Part shown: in pieces, positions 10,353 through 20,944 of the stretch
Numbering within the stretch: the first letter of the stretch is position 1
Layout of the letters: each line of letters begins with the position of its first letter
Assembly: GCA_021775415.1 (NCBI GenBank)
Contig: JAJFHV010000002.1
Span: 98,581-162,580 of the forward strand
DNA: 64,000 nucleotides
Direction of reading: 5' to 3'
Source of the DNA: Hyphomicrobiales bacterium
Lineage (GTDB): Bacteria; Pseudomonadota; Alphaproteobacteria; Rhizobiales; Rhizobiaceae
The notes under the pieces: model-generated
Databases searched by the model: none
What the model saw: only the letters and a program-made list of their open reading frames with translations
What the model was told of the DNA's origin: nothing
Made by a program: the position numbers and the translations under genes

Positions 10353-11318
10353 CTATTGGCCTCCCGTCACTGAACTGCCGAGATGGGTATGGAGCGCGAC
10401 AAGTGCCTCTGACGCCAGGCGATCTGTATGATGTTTGGTGTAACTCCAGCCCAGATCAGTTGTGGTTTGCCGCAGGGCAGTTGAGCGGGAAGCAAACTCT
10501 GCGCTGTAGGCTTGCTGCAGCGTTTCGGCATTTCCGGCGATAATCTTTGCACCGGATTCAGGGTCCTGAAACTCAACACGACCCTTGTAGGGAAATGTTT
10601 CTTCAACCGGGTCAATCAGGTGGACCAGGTGTCCACGCACACCGCTCTTCGCCAGCTCAGCCAATCGTGAAACAGTGGTCTCTACCGGATCCAGAAAATC
10701 GCTGAAGATAATGAGGTCGCAATGGTTGCCAAGATCACTTCCGGCTGGAAACTCTGTTTGAACGGGCGCAACAGCGAGATGTTCGGCAAGTTTCTCGGCG
10801 GCATTTCTGCTCAGCAATGGTCGGCTCACCCCCATCCATCCGGTACGCTCGCCACTGCGTGCAAGCAGTTCTGCCATCGCAAATGCAAGAACCATCGCGC
10901 GGGATTGTTTAGCCACTGTTCCAAGATCTGATTTGAACAGCATGGAAGGAGATTCATCTACCCAGAGCCAGATGGTGTGGGCTGCCTGCCATTCCTTGTC
11001 CTGGACATAAATGTTGTTATCACGGGCCGAGCGACGCCAATCAATACGGGCCATCGTTTCACCCACCACATAAGGACGAAACTGCCAGAAATTTTCGCCG
11101 ACGCCACGTTTGCGCCGTCCATGCCATCCCGAAAACACTGTATTGGCGACACGTCGTGCTTCAACCAGCAAATCAGGAATAAGGGCTGCGCGTGCCCGCG
11201 CACGGCCCATGATCTCCCGCCCGGTCTCGCGACGGGTTGATGTGCCAATCGCAGGGCTCATCGGCGAATGCCCCACGAGCGGCAGGTTTGCAGCATGAAA
11301 GAATTCAGGATCAACCAA
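10353..11318 (-). CDS. DUF58 domain protein (MoxR partner)
   Basis: 321 aa; DUF58-typical FRPYVVGETMARIDWRRSAR; overlaps the MoxR stop by 8 nt. Confidence 0.8.
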   Translation of the reverse strand: MVDPEFFHAANLPLVGHSPMSPAIGTSTRRETGREIMGRARARAALIPDLLVEARRVANTVFSGWHGRRKRGVGENFWQFRPYVVGETMARIDWRRSARDNNIYVQDKEWQAAHTIWLWVDESPSMLFKSDLGTVAKQSRAMVLAFAMAELLARSGERTGWMGVSRPLLSRNAAEKLAEHLAVAPVQTEFPAGSDLGNHCDLIIFSDFLDPVETTVSRLAELAKSGVRGHLVHLIDPVEETFPYKGRVEFQDPESGAKIIAGNAETLQQAYSAEFASRSTALRQTTTDLGWSYTKHHTDRLASEALVALHTHLGSSVTGGQ

Positions 11319-12321
11319 TCCGTTCCTTAAGTTTGCTGATTACATCGCGCACATGCATTTGTTCAGCACGTGCGACAAAGGAAAGTTGCATTCGATGCTG
11401 CAACACGGGCTCGGCCAATGCCAGCACATCATCGACTGAAGGTGCAAGGCGTCCATCAAGCAACGCCCGTGCACGTACGGTCAGCATCAGCGCCTGACTT
11501 GCACGGGGGCCAGGACCCCAGGAAATGAAATCAACAAGATCAGAGGCGCCGCTCCCCGGTCGGGCAGACCGCACCAGTTCAAGAATTGCATCGACGACGG
11601 ATTTGCCGACAGGCAGTCTTCTCACCAGTTCCTGAAGCTCCTGTAAGCGTTTAGATGAAATTGCCTTTTTGGCCGGCTTTTCATCGCTGCCGGTTGTTTC
11701 AAACAAAATGCGCCGCTCAGCATCAATATCAGGATATTCAACGTCCACCTGCATCAAGAAACGGTCAAGCTGGGCTTCGGGAAGAGGATAGGTACCTTCC
11801 TGTTCAAGCGGGTTTTGCGTTGCCAGCACGTGAAACGGAGCTGGAAGGTCGTAGCGTTCACCGGCGATTGTAATGTGATACTCCTGCATTGCCTGAAGCA
11901 GTGCTGCCTGGGTGCGGGGGCTTGCCCGGTTGATTTCGTCCGCCATCAGGAGTTGGGCGAATACCGGTCCCTTCACGAACTGGAATGACCGCTTGCCGGC
12001 TTCGTCCTGATGGAGAACTTCAGAACCGAGAATATCCGATGGCATCAAGTCCGGGGTGAACTGGATACGATGATCTCCAAGATCGAGCACGACACCCAGT
12101 GTCTCAACCAGTTTGGTTTTGGCGAGACCGGGTAATCCTACCAGTAACGCATGGCCACCCGCCAGCAATGCGACAAGGGTGTTGTCTACAACTGTATCTT
12201 GTCCAAAAAAGACTTTGCCAACAGCGGAGCGTACATTTTTCAAGTCCCCAGCCGCTTTTTCAGCCATTTCAACGACGGCTTTTTCCTGGGCTTTGGTGAG
12301 TGTGCTATCGATTGCGTTCAT
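11311..12321 (-). CDS. MoxR-like AAA+ ATPase
   Basis: 336 aa; Walker A GLPGLAKTK, Walker B LLMADEINR, MoxR/AAA_3 architecture. Confidence 0.9.
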   Translation of the reverse strand: MNAIDSTLTKAQEKAVVEMAEKAAGDLKNVRSAVGKVFFGQDTVVDNTLVALLAGGHALLVGLPGLAKTKLVETLGVVLDLGDHRIQFTPDLMPSDILGSEVLHQDEAGKRSFQFVKGPVFAQLLMADEINRASPRTQAALLQAMQEYHITIAGERYDLPAPFHVLATQNPLEQEGTYPLPEAQLDRFLMQVDVEYPDIDAERRILFETTGSDEKPAKKAISSKRLQELQELVRRLPVGKSVVDAILELVRSARPGSGASDLVDFISWGPGPRASQALMLTVRARALLDGRLAPSVDDVLALAEPVLQHRMQLSFVARAEQMHVRDVISKLKERIG

Positions 12322-12531
12322 GCAAATCTCCAGTTTGTGTTTCGCTTTTGGGCCTTGCCAAACATGTTATGGGTGCCGAAAGTATTCAATATTCATAAGG
12401 CACCAATGTGATTCCGTTCTTTGGTTGTTATAACATGCTAATTGTGTCGAATGTCACCTTTAGGTTGAGACGATGTGAAACACATTGTGGTGAACCTGGA
12501 TAAGCGTGGGAAGGTCAGGAGAAGTCGGCGA

Positions 12532-13143
12532 ATGTCGGAAACTGAATACAGTCAACAAATGGGTGGTTTAACCGGTCTCCAGGCCTTGATTAAGCGGGCA
12601 GGTGGGACTGATCGTGGCCTGCCACCGGTTGAAAAGTGGGAACCGGAATTTTGCGGTGATCTTGACATGATCATCAAGAAGGATGGCACCTGGTTTTATA
12701 TGGGAACACCGATTGGGCGCCATGCGCTGGTCAAGCTGTTCTCGTCGGTCCTGCGCAAGGATGAAGATGGTAAAACCTATCTTGTGACGCCAGTTGAAAA
12801 AATCGGGATCAGTGTTGAAGACGCGCATTTTGTTGTGGTTGAAATGAATGCGTTGAATGACGGTGAACAGGTTTTAACTTTCCGGACAAATGTAGGTGAT
12901 ATCGTTGAAGCAAGTGCAGACAATCCGCTATGGTTTGTGACCGTTGAAGAAAATGACGGCGTAAAGCCGTATGTTTTGGTGCGTGGACGGCTTGAAGCGG
13001 TGTTGGCTCGCCCCGTCATGTATGAACTGATATCCCATGGTGAGGAAATTGAACTGGATGGCCGCTTGATGTTTGCAGTGTGCAGCAAAGGGGCGGTATT
13101 CCCGATCATGCCAGCCGATGAACTGGCGCGGTTGAGTGCCTAG
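12532..13143 (+). CDS. DUF1285 domain protein
   Basis: Start moved to the ATG at 12532 (AGGAGAAG 8 nt upstream); conserved PPVEKWEPEFCGDLDM...DGTWFYMGTPI block typical of DUF1285. Confidence 0.75.
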   Translation: MSETEYSQQMGGLTGLQALIKRAGGTDRGLPPVEKWEPEFCGDLDMIIKKDGTWFYMGTPIGRHALVKLFSSVLRKDEDGKTYLVTPVEKIGISVEDAHFVVVEMNALNDGEQVLTFRTNVGDIVEASADNPLWFVTVEENDGVKPYVLVRGRLEAVLARPVMYELISHGEEIELDGRLMFAVCSKGAVFPIMPADELARLSA

Positions 13144-13158
13144 CACCTGGTAATATCC

Positions 13159-13794
13159 ATGAGCAATTCTATCGATCTACAATCATTCACTCTTGAACAC
13201 GTTCGCGGACGGGTTCTCGATCGGCTCAAATACGATGACGGCGAACATGATGGTGATTATCACATGAACCCGGATTTCAGGGATTGGGTGGTATCCGACG
13301 CTGCTGTCAACGCAGCTGTGCTGATCGGTATGGTTGAGCGGCAGGAAGGAGTTTGTGTTGTTCTAACCAAACGGGCGGAACGTTTGACCTCGCACTCCGG
13401 TCAAGTGGCGTTTCCCGGTGGTAAGATTGATGCCGAGGACGGTTCTCCTGAAGCCGCCGCAATGCGCGAGGCAGAAGAAGAAATTGGATTGGAAAACCGG
13501 CACGTTGATATTCTGGGGCGGTTGCCGGATTATTACAGTGGATCAGGCTTTCGCATAGCACCCATATTGGCGATTATTGACCCTGCGGCTAGTATCAGTG
13601 CGAATCTGGATGAGGTGGATTATGTTTTTGAAGTCCCGCTGGCATTTTTGATGAACTCAGACAACCACAAGACCGGTAGTCGCATGTTTGACGGCAGTGA
13701 ACGCTTCTATCTCGAAATGCCGTATAAAGAGCACTTCATCTGGGGGGTGACTGCTGGAATCATTCGAGTAATGCATGACAGGGTTTTTACCTGA
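13159..13794 (+). CDS. CoA pyrophosphatase (NUDIX, NudL-like)
   Basis: 211 aa; Nudix box GGKIDAEDGSPEAAAMREAEEEIGL preceded by the CoA-pyrophosphatase-type LTKRAERLTSHSGQVAFPGG. Confidence 0.85.
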   Translation: MSNSIDLQSFTLEHVRGRVLDRLKYDDGEHDGDYHMNPDFRDWVVSDAAVNAAVLIGMVERQEGVCVVLTKRAERLTSHSGQVAFPGGKIDAEDGSPEAAAMREAEEEIGLENRHVDILGRLPDYYSGSGFRIAPILAIIDPAASISANLDEVDYVFEVPLAFLMNSDNHKTGSRMFDGSERFYLEMPYKEHFIWGVTAGIIRVMHDRVFT

Positions 13795-15026
13795 TGGAGT
13801 TGCTCCAAAATGTTCAAGTCAAAGCTGGTTGGTTGAAACAAAAACCATTGCAACGGCTGTTTGATATCCTTTCCAGCGGCGGTGGCGAAGTCATGGTCAA
13901 CGGTGGCGCAGTTCGCAATGCACTGATGGGTGAGGGCGCATCGGATGTTGATTTGTCCACAACGCTTGAACCGCAAGAGGTGATTACCCTATTGGAGGCT
14001 GCTGGTGAAAAAGCGGTGCCGACGGGTGTTGAACACGGAACAATTACTGCCGTCATCGACAAGAAAAGTTTCGAAGTCACGACCATGCGTCAGGATATTG
14101 AAACTGACGGTCGACATGCGATTGTGCGGTTCGGGCAGGACTGGAGCGAAGACGCGCATCGCCGTGATTTAACGATGAACGCGCTTTACTGCGACCGGGA
14201 TGGCAAAGTGTTTGATCCGGTGGGAGGGTATGACGATCTGGTCAATCGCGAAGTGCGCTTTATCGGAGATGCGGCAACACGCATAGAAGAAGACGCGCTT
14301 CGGATATTGCGATTTTTCCGGTTCTTCGCCTGGTATGGAAAGGGCAGGCCGGATGCAGCAGGAATAAAAGCCTGCGCTTCCTTGAGGGATTTGCTGGCAG
14401 GCCTTTCGGTTGAAAGGATTTGGATGGAGTTGAAGAAACTCCTGTCCGCTGCTGAGCCAGGCCGGGCATTGCTCTGGATGCGTACATCCGGGGTTTTGGC
14501 AAAGGCGCTGCCAGAAACCGAAAAATGGGGAATAGATGCAATACCCGCCTTGATAAAATTGGAGCAAATCCACAGTTGGAAAGTCGATCCAATGCTGCGG
14601 CTGATGGCAATGCTGCCCCCCAATTCTGAAATTGTCACAACACTTACGAAGCGGCTTGCAATGTCGACGGCTGAAAGAGCGCGGCTTGTGGATTGGGCGG
14701 GAAGTTTTGTGCTTGATCCTGATATGGCGCCAGTAGAACTTGAGCAGGCTCTATATAAGGGCAGGCAATCTGCGATTGTTGATCGTATGCGGTTGGAAAT
14801 CGTGCGGATTCATGGGGAGGATGAAGCCGCCGAGAGTGCGATGTTGAAGTCACTCCAACATGCCAGTTCCTGGAAACGGCCAGGACTTCCAATCAAGGGT
14901 CGTGATCTTGTTGAAGCGGGACTTTCAGAAGGCCCGGCGCTTGGCAAGAAACTTGCGGAAATCGAGAATGCCTGGGTGGAAAGCGGGTTTACGCTCAACC
15001 GGGAAGCTTTGCTGGAGTTAATATAG
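13794..15026 (+). CDS. cca: CCA tRNA nucleotidyltransferase / poly(A) polymerase family
   Basis: 410 aa; GGAVRNALMG..SDVDLST (GGxVRD...DxD) and RRDLTMNAL motifs; TGATG overlap with the upstream gene. Confidence 0.85.
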   Translation: MELLQNVQVKAGWLKQKPLQRLFDILSSGGGEVMVNGGAVRNALMGEGASDVDLSTTLEPQEVITLLEAAGEKAVPTGVEHGTITAVIDKKSFEVTTMRQDIETDGRHAIVRFGQDWSEDAHRRDLTMNALYCDRDGKVFDPVGGYDDLVNREVRFIGDAATRIEEDALRILRFFRFFAWYGKGRPDAAGIKACASLRDLLAGLSVERIWMELKKLLSAAEPGRALLWMRTSGVLAKALPETEKWGIDAIPALIKLEQIHSWKVDPMLRLMAMLPPNSEIVTTLTKRLAMSTAERARLVDWAGSFVLDPDMAPVELEQALYKGRQSAIVDRMRLEIVRIHGEDEAAESAMLKSLQHASSWKRPGLPIKGRDLVEAGLSEGPALGKKLAEIENAWVESGFTLNREALLELI

Positions 15027-15040
15027 GAAATGCCCTGATC

Positions 15041-15958
15041 TTACGGCCACTTCACTTCCGGTGGCATTGAGGACAGGATTGACGTCACATTTCCACCCGT
15101 CTTGAGACCAAAGATCGTTCCGCGATCATAGAGCAGGTTGAATTCTACATAACGGCCCCGGCGGATTAATTGCTCCTCGCGCTCGACGTCATTCCAGGGT
15201 TTGTTGAAGTTTCTTGCAATCAATGCGGGGTAGGCAACAATGAATGCGCGGCCAACATCCTGAGTGAAGGCAAAATCGGCGTCCCAGCCTCCTTGTTCTT
15301 CTGCGGAGCGCAGATAGTCGTAGAAAACACCCCCGACGCCGCGCATTTCATCGCGATGTTTCAGGTAGAAATACTCATCACACCAAGCCTTGTATTCATC
15401 ATAATTTGCCACAGTGTGCCGGTCACAGGCAAATTTCATTGCCCGGTGAAATATCCGGGTGTCTTCATCTTCCTGAGTACGACGGGTATCCAGAACAGGC
15501 GTTAAATCCGCGCCGCCTCCGAACCACTGGCTTGTGGTGACCACCATGCGTGTATTCATATGGGCGGCTGGAACATGCGGGTTACGAGGGTGGGCAATTA
15601 ATGAAATACCTGATGCCCAAAATCGGGGGTCGCGGTCGGCACCGGGAATCTGTGAGCGGAAATCTTCTGAGAGTTCACCAAATACAGTCGAAATGTGGAC
15701 GCCGACCTTTTCAAATACGCGTCCATGCATCATTGACATGACGCCGCCACCGCCATTGTCTTCGTTACGAGACCAGGGCGTTCGCTCAAAGCGACCAGCT
15801 GGCTGATCTGACATTGGCCCTTCAAGAGCGTCTTCCAGTGCTTCGAACTGGGTGCAAATCATGTCACGCAATTGTTCAAACCATTGGTTGGCCGCCTGCT
15901 TCTTCTGATCAATATTTTCTGGATGCCCCGGTGGTGGTGGGGTGTGGTTTGCTGACAA
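15041..15958 (-). CDS. hemF: oxygen-dependent coproporphyrinogen III oxidase
   Basis: 305 aa; strongly HemF-like throughout (e.g. [24 protein letters not shown]). Confidence 0.95.
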   Translation of the reverse strand: MSANHTPPPPGHPENIDQKKQAANQWFEQLRDMICTQFEALEDALEGPMSDQPAGRFERTPWSRNEDNGGGGVMSMMHGRVFEKVGVHISTVFGELSEDFRSQIPGADRDPRFWASGISLIAHPRNPHVPAAHMNTRMVVTTSQWFGGGADLTPVLDTRRTQEDEDTRIFHRAMKFACDRHTVANYDEYKAWCDEYFYLKHRDEMRGVGGVFYDYLRSAEEQGGWDADFAFTQDVGRAFIVAYPALIARNFNKPWNDVEREEQLIRRGRYVEFNLLYDRGTIFGLKTGGNVTSILSSMPPEVKWP

Positions 15959-16117
15959 TTGCTGTAATCCTGGTTAGTTCTATTAGAGCGAACTTGTCCA
16001 TAAATCGAGATAATTTGCAATATACTCAATTGTGCTCAAATCTTGACACAATGGGGGTTGCGATACCACATTGGGTGTTATGCATGGACAGGTCAGGGTT
16101 CTGGCCCGAGAAAGACA

Positions 16118-16441
16118 ATGGCTGACGAGGACAACAATAACACCAGAAAGCCCAAATATTCAGTGTCTGATGCGGCACGAGCTTCGGCGGCTGTTGAGAG
16201 TTCTCGCGTTGCCAACAAGAATTGGGCAGAGCGACGCAAGGAAATGCGTCAAAGTGTTCGGCAACAGGAAACCTGGAAACGAGAAACCCATTCGATGCCG
16301 CGCCCGCAAGCGCGCGAGTTTGCCCGCAAGTTTTTGAAGAAATATCCAAAAGCTGCATATTGGTCGGAAATTGAAAGTTGGCGGGTACTTCCCGGGGATG
16401 TCATTGAGTTCACTGTGCGTCGATTGCCAAGTGCGGATTAG
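16118..16441 (+). CDS. hypothetical basic protein
   Basis: 107 aa from the internal ATG at 16118; Lys/Arg-rich; no family recognised. Confidence 0.5.
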   Translation: MADEDNNNTRKPKYSVSDAARASAAVESSRVANKNWAERRKEMRQSVRQQETWKRETHSMPRPQAREFARKFLKKYPKAAYWSEIESWRVLPGDVIEFTVRRLPSAD

Positions 16442-16449
16442 GCCGGTTC

Positions 16450-16899
16450 TTATCGAATTTGCCGCAAGGCTTCGCCCAACACCATTGCCGCAGAAAGCGA
16501 TACATTGATTGAGCGGGCGCCATCCTGCATGGGTATAGTGAGAGCTTCATCCACTGAGGAATACACATCATCCGGTACACCGGAAGACTCCCGCCCGAAC
16601 ATCAGCAAATCATCGGTCTTGAACTGAAAGTCCAGATAGTTCTGCTTTGATCGGGTGGTGAGCAAAACCAGTCGCCGATTTTCTTCAGTGCGCCAGGTCT
16701 CAAAATCGTCCCAGCTTGTGTGGCGAACTAGGGTCGCGGTTTCCAGATAATCCATTCCTGAGCGTTTAAGGGCCTTGTCATCCAGGCGAAATCCGGCAGG
16801 TTCGATTATGTGTACGTGGACACCCATACAGGCCCCAAGTCGCAGAAGGGTTCCGGTGTTTCCTGGTATGTCCGGCTGGAAAAGAACGAGATCGGGCAT
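16450..16899 (-). CDS. trmL: tRNA (cytidine/uridine-2'-O)-methyltransferase TrmL (SpoU family)
   Basis: Start moved to the ATG at 16899 (MPDLVLFQPDIPGNTGTLLRL); SPOUT-family motifs. Confidence 0.85.
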   Translation of the reverse strand: MPDLVLFQPDIPGNTGTLLRLGACMGVHVHIIEPAGFRLDDKALKRSGMDYLETATLVRHTSWDDFETWRTEENRRLVLLTTRSKQNYLDFQFKTDDLLMFGRESSGVPDDVYSSVDEALTIPMQDGARSINVSLSAAMVLGEALRQIR

Positions 16900-17195
16900 T
16901 GGGGAGCCTTGTTTGATTGTGTGATGTGGAAGCCACACTCGATTAGATAGTAAGTGAATTGGGTTGTGGGGAATTGCAATCGCAATCAACAAGGTTCATG
17001 ATCGAATCAGTTCAAATCAGCGAGTGGAGGCATCGATGATCATTACCAGTTGTAAATGCATGCCTTCCTTTGTCGGATAGTTGGGTTCGTGAATTAAGTC
17101 ACGCCGATTAACGACCTCCCGCCGGTTGACGCAACAATTTTCATTACTACGTTGTTTAGTCTGGTCGGCAATTCTCATAGCGCTGGAACTTACCT

Positions 17196-19058
17196 ATGTT
17201 TTCGTATTTTGAACGCCTGATCAATCCCTATCCGGATGAACGTCCTGTACAACCACCGTCTTCGCTGGGTGCGTTTTTCTGGCACTATTCGAAGAAAGCC
17301 TGGCCGATCCTTGCCCTGCTTTCTTTGTTGACAGCTTCGCTGTCGGTCGCGGAAATTGTGTTGTTCGCATTTTTGGGCAACATCGTTGACTGGCTCAACG
17401 CAGCAAATCCCGAGACCTTCTTTGCCGATGAAGGCTACAAACTTGTTGTGATGCTTGTCGTGGCCCTCCTCCTGATACCGCTACTGGGATTGCTGCATTC
17501 ACTGGTTTCCTATCAGTCAATCTTTGGCAATTTTGCCATGGCTCTGCGCTGGCGAATGCACCGTTATCTGCTGCGCCAAAGCATGGGATTTTATGCCGAT
17601 GAATTTGCCGGAAGGGTTGCAGCCAAGGTCATGCAAACTTCCCTGGCACTGCGTGATGCCATTGTGACGTTTCTGGATGTGCTGGTGTATGTGTTTGTGT
17701 ATTTCTTTGGTGGTATGCTGCTTGTTGCATCCTTCCACTGGACGTTGGCTGTACCGTTTCTGATCTGGCTGATCCTGTACTCCATTATCTTGTATTTTGT
17801 TTTGCCAAAAATGGCCGTGATGTCAAAACGACAAGCTGATGCCCGCTCGATGATGACGGGTCGCGTTGTCGACAGTTACACCAACATTACTACCGTGAAG
17901 CTCTTCGCCCACACCGCCTGGGAGGAGGAATACTCCCATGATGCGATGGATAGTTTCCTGCAGACGGTTCATCCACCGATGCGCCTTTCCACCGTATTCG
18001 AGGTGATCGTTCAATTTCTCAATGGTGCACTGATTGCGGCGTGTGCAGCTATCGGCATCTGGTTGTGGATCGGTGGCAACTCCAGTGTTGGAGCCGTGGC
18101 GGTGGCAATGGCGCTTGCTTTGAGGCTGCACGGCATGGCGCACTGGATTATGTGGGAACTGGCACGATTGTTTGAATCAATTGGTGTTGTTCAGGATGGC
18201 ATCAACATGCTGTCCGTGCCTGTCTCAGTCAAAGATAAGCCGGAAGCAGTGGAACTTGTTGCTGCCGGTCAACCGATCAGGTTTGAAGACATCCGTTTTG
18301 CCTATGGTGGGGATGGGCAGGTTATTGAAGACCTTTCGCTGGAAATAGCGCCGGGCCAAAAGTTTGGGCTGGTCGGGCGTTCTGGCGCCGGTAAAACCAC
18401 GCTTACGAATATTCTGTTGAGGTTTTACGAGCTGAAAGGCGGCGCTGTGCTGATCGGGGATCAAAACATTGCTGATGTGACGCAGGATTCCCTGCGCAAA
18501 AACATCGGCGTGGTGACGCAAGATACGTCCCTGTTGCATCGTTCAATCCGCGATAACATTGCCTACTCAAAACCGGAGGCAAGTGACGCGGAAATCATTG
18601 AGGCTGCCCGCAAGGCCAATGCGTGGGAGTTTGTTGAAACACTGGTCGACAACGAAGGCAATACCGGGCTGGATGCGCAGGTGGGTGAGCGGGGTGTGAA
18701 ACTCTCCGGTGGTCAACGTCAGCGGATTGCGATTGCCCGCATATTCCTCAAGGATGCTCCAATTCTGGTACTGGATGAAGCAACTTCAGCGCTTGATTCA
18801 GAAGTTGAAGCGGCCATACAGGAAAACCTGTTTGCGCTGATGGAGGGAAAAACGGTGATTGCAATAGCGCATCGACTTTCAACCATTGCCCAACTGGATA
18901 AGCTTGTCGTAATGGATCAGGGCGCAATCGTTGAATCCGGCACCCATGAGGAGTTGATCACCACCGGTGGCATATATGCGGATCTGTGGTCCAGGCAATC
19001 CGGTGGTTTTTTGGTGGTACAGGATCCTGCGCAAGATGAACAAAGCGCTGCGGAGTAA
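17196..19058 (+). CDS. ABC exporter, fused permease/ATPase (half-transporter 1)
   Basis: 620 aa; six-TM N-terminal domain; Walker A GRSGAGKTT, signature LSGGQRQR, Walker B ILVLDEATS. Confidence 0.9.
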   Translation: MFSYFERLINPYPDERPVQPPSSLGAFFWHYSKKAWPILALLSLLTASLSVAEIVLFAFLGNIVDWLNAANPETFFADEGYKLVVMLVVALLLIPLLGLLHSLVSYQSIFGNFAMALRWRMHRYLLRQSMGFYADEFAGRVAAKVMQTSLALRDAIVTFLDVLVYVFVYFFGGMLLVASFHWTLAVPFLIWLILYSIILYFVLPKMAVMSKRQADARSMMTGRVVDSYTNITTVKLFAHTAWEEEYSHDAMDSFLQTVHPPMRLSTVFEVIVQFLNGALIAACAAIGIWLWIGGNSSVGAVAVAMALALRLHGMAHWIMWELARLFESIGVVQDGINMLSVPVSVKDKPEAVELVAAGQPIRFEDIRFAYGGDGQVIEDLSLEIAPGQKFGLVGRSGAGKTTLTNILLRFYELKGGAVLIGDQNIADVTQDSLRKNIGVVTQDTSLLHRSIRDNIAYSKPEASDAEIIEAARKANAWEFVETLVDNEGNTGLDAQVGERGVKLSGGQRQRIAIARIFLKDAPILVLDEATSALDSEVEAAIQENLFALMEGKTVIAIAHRLSTIAQLDKLVVMDQGAIVESGTHEELITTGGIYADLWSRQSGGFLVVQDPAQDEQSAAE

Positions 19059-19066
19059 AACTGTCA

Positions 19067-20944
19067 ATGAAACTATTCGAACCAGTCTTTCGCCTGTTTG
19101 AAGGCTGGATTGATCCGTTTCAACCGCGCAGCAGTTACGAGCCACCCAACAAATTGTTGGCTTACGTGTGGTTTTACGTGAGCGAGGTTCGTTGGGCGTT
19201 TTTTGCCCTGCTGGCCTACGGATTTTTAAATGCGGTTGTTGAGGCGACCGTGTTCACTTTCGTCGGCGGGTTGGTTGATTTGCTGACCCAGTTTCAGGAA
19301 GCGGGGCTCAAGGAAACCGGCTGGGCCGGATTGGTCGACGCGTTTGGTGGTACGCTGCTTTACATGGTGCTTGTCGTGGCTGTGCTTCGGGCATTGGTGG
19401 TTGCATGGGGTGCATTGATTGAAGAGCAGGTGATTGTACCCGGTTTTTTTGTCATGATGCGCTGGCAGAGTCACAAGCATGTAATTGCCCAGTCGCTTTC
19501 TTTTTTCCAAAATGATCTGGCTGGTCGCATTTCGCAGAAAGTGTTCCAGTCGGGGATGGCGACCGGTGACATGATGATCGGCCTGCTTCAAGTGATCTGG
19601 TTCATCGTCGTCTATGCCATCACGGTGGCCGGACTGCTTGCAGCACTTGATTGGCAATTGGGTCTTGTTGTTGTGATTTGGATTGCAACCTTCATTGCAA
19701 TTGCCCGGATTTACGTGCCGCGGGTTCGCGACAATGCCCGGGTCACTGCCGAAACCGCCTCTGTCATGAGTGGGCGAATGGTGGATGGCTACACCAATAT
19801 CCAGACTGTCAAACTGCATGGTAGCAACTCGCGTGAAGATGACTGGGTGCTGGAAAGTATGCAGGCTCACCATCATTCGCTGAAGAAGTTCACCCGGGTT
19901 TTAACTTCTATGCGGGTTGTGCTTTCGATTGCCAATGGATTTGTTATTTCTGCAATTGCGTGGATATCAATCGACTTGTGGTTGAGTGGCAGTACTTCAA
20001 TTGGCAGCGTAGCGTTCGTGTTGGCGCTTGTGCTTCGGTTGCATCTTTTGTCAGGCCGACTGCTTGGAACGCTCAATGGATTTTTCCGAAATGTTGGCAC
20101 AACCCAGAACACCATGGAATTGGTTGCCCGCCCGCTTGGGCTGGTTGATGTACCTGATGCAAAGGACCTTGTATTCAAGGGTGGTGAAATCAAGTTCGAA
20201 GGTATTGGTTTTCACTATGGTCGTGAAAGCGGGATAATTTCTGATTTGTCACTCACCATTAAACCGGGTGAGAAGGTGGGACTGGTTGGACCATCAGGGA
20301 GCGGTAAAACCACGCTCGTGCATTTGCTGATGCGATTTCACGATCCGGAACACGGGCGCATTTTAATCGACGGGCAAGATGTAGCTAAAGTCACTCAGGA
20401 AAGCTTGCAGGGCAATTTTTCGCTGGTTCAGCAGGATGTACAACTGTTCCATCGTTCGGTGTTTGAAAACATCGCCTATGGAATGCCGAGTGCAAGCCTG
20501 AGCGATGTGAAAGAAGCGGCCCGCATGGCCAATGCGGATGAATTCATCGTCAATCTGGAAGATACGGGTGGACGAAGCGGGTATGATTCCCGGGTAGGTG
20601 AGCGTGGGGTGAAACTGTCGGGTGGGCAACGTCAACGGATTGCAATTGCTCGCGCGTTCTTGCGCAATGCACCAATCCTGGTGCTTGACGAGGCAACCAG
20701 CCAACTTGATTCTGGTATTGAACAGGCCATTCAGGAGAATCTGTTGAAGTTGATGAAGGGTAAAACCGTGCTGGTTGTTGCCCATCGCCTGTCAACGATT
20801 GCCAGACTGGACCGGCTGGTCGTCATAGATGGAGGCGAGATTGTTGATCAGGGCACCCATGAAGAACTGATCGCGCGCGGCGGGTTGTATTCAGAATTGT
20901 GGGCGCGGCAGTCCGGTGGATTTATCGAACGGATTGAAGGTTAA
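19067..20944 (+). CDS. ABC exporter, fused permease/ATPase (half-transporter 2)
   Basis: 625 aa; GPSGSGKTT, LSGGQRQR, ILVLDEATS; 8 nt after the partner gene, so probably a heterodimer. Confidence 0.9.
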   Translation: MKLFEPVFRLFEGWIDPFQPRSSYEPPNKLLAYVWFYVSEVRWAFFALLAYGFLNAVVEATVFTFVGGLVDLLTQFQEAGLKETGWAGLVDAFGGTLLYMVLVVAVLRALVVAWGALIEEQVIVPGFFVMMRWQSHKHVIAQSLSFFQNDLAGRISQKVFQSGMATGDMMIGLLQVIWFIVVYAITVAGLLAALDWQLGLVVVIWIATFIAIARIYVPRVRDNARVTAETASVMSGRMVDGYTNIQTVKLHGSNSREDDWVLESMQAHHHSLKKFTRVLTSMRVVLSIANGFVISAIAWISIDLWLSGSTSIGSVAFVLALVLRLHLLSGRLLGTLNGFFRNVGTTQNTMELVARPLGLVDVPDAKDLVFKGGEIKFEGIGFHYGRESGIISDLSLTIKPGEKVGLVGPSGSGKTTLVHLLMRFHDPEHGRILIDGQDVAKVTQESLQGNFSLVQQDVQLFHRSVFENIAYGMPSASLSDVKEAARMANADEFIVNLEDTGGRSGYDSRVGERGVKLSGGQRQRIAIARAFLRNAPILVLDEATSQLDSGIEQAIQENLLKLMKGKTVLVVAHRLSTIARLDRLVVIDGGEIVDQGTHEELIARGGLYSELWARQSGGFIERIEG

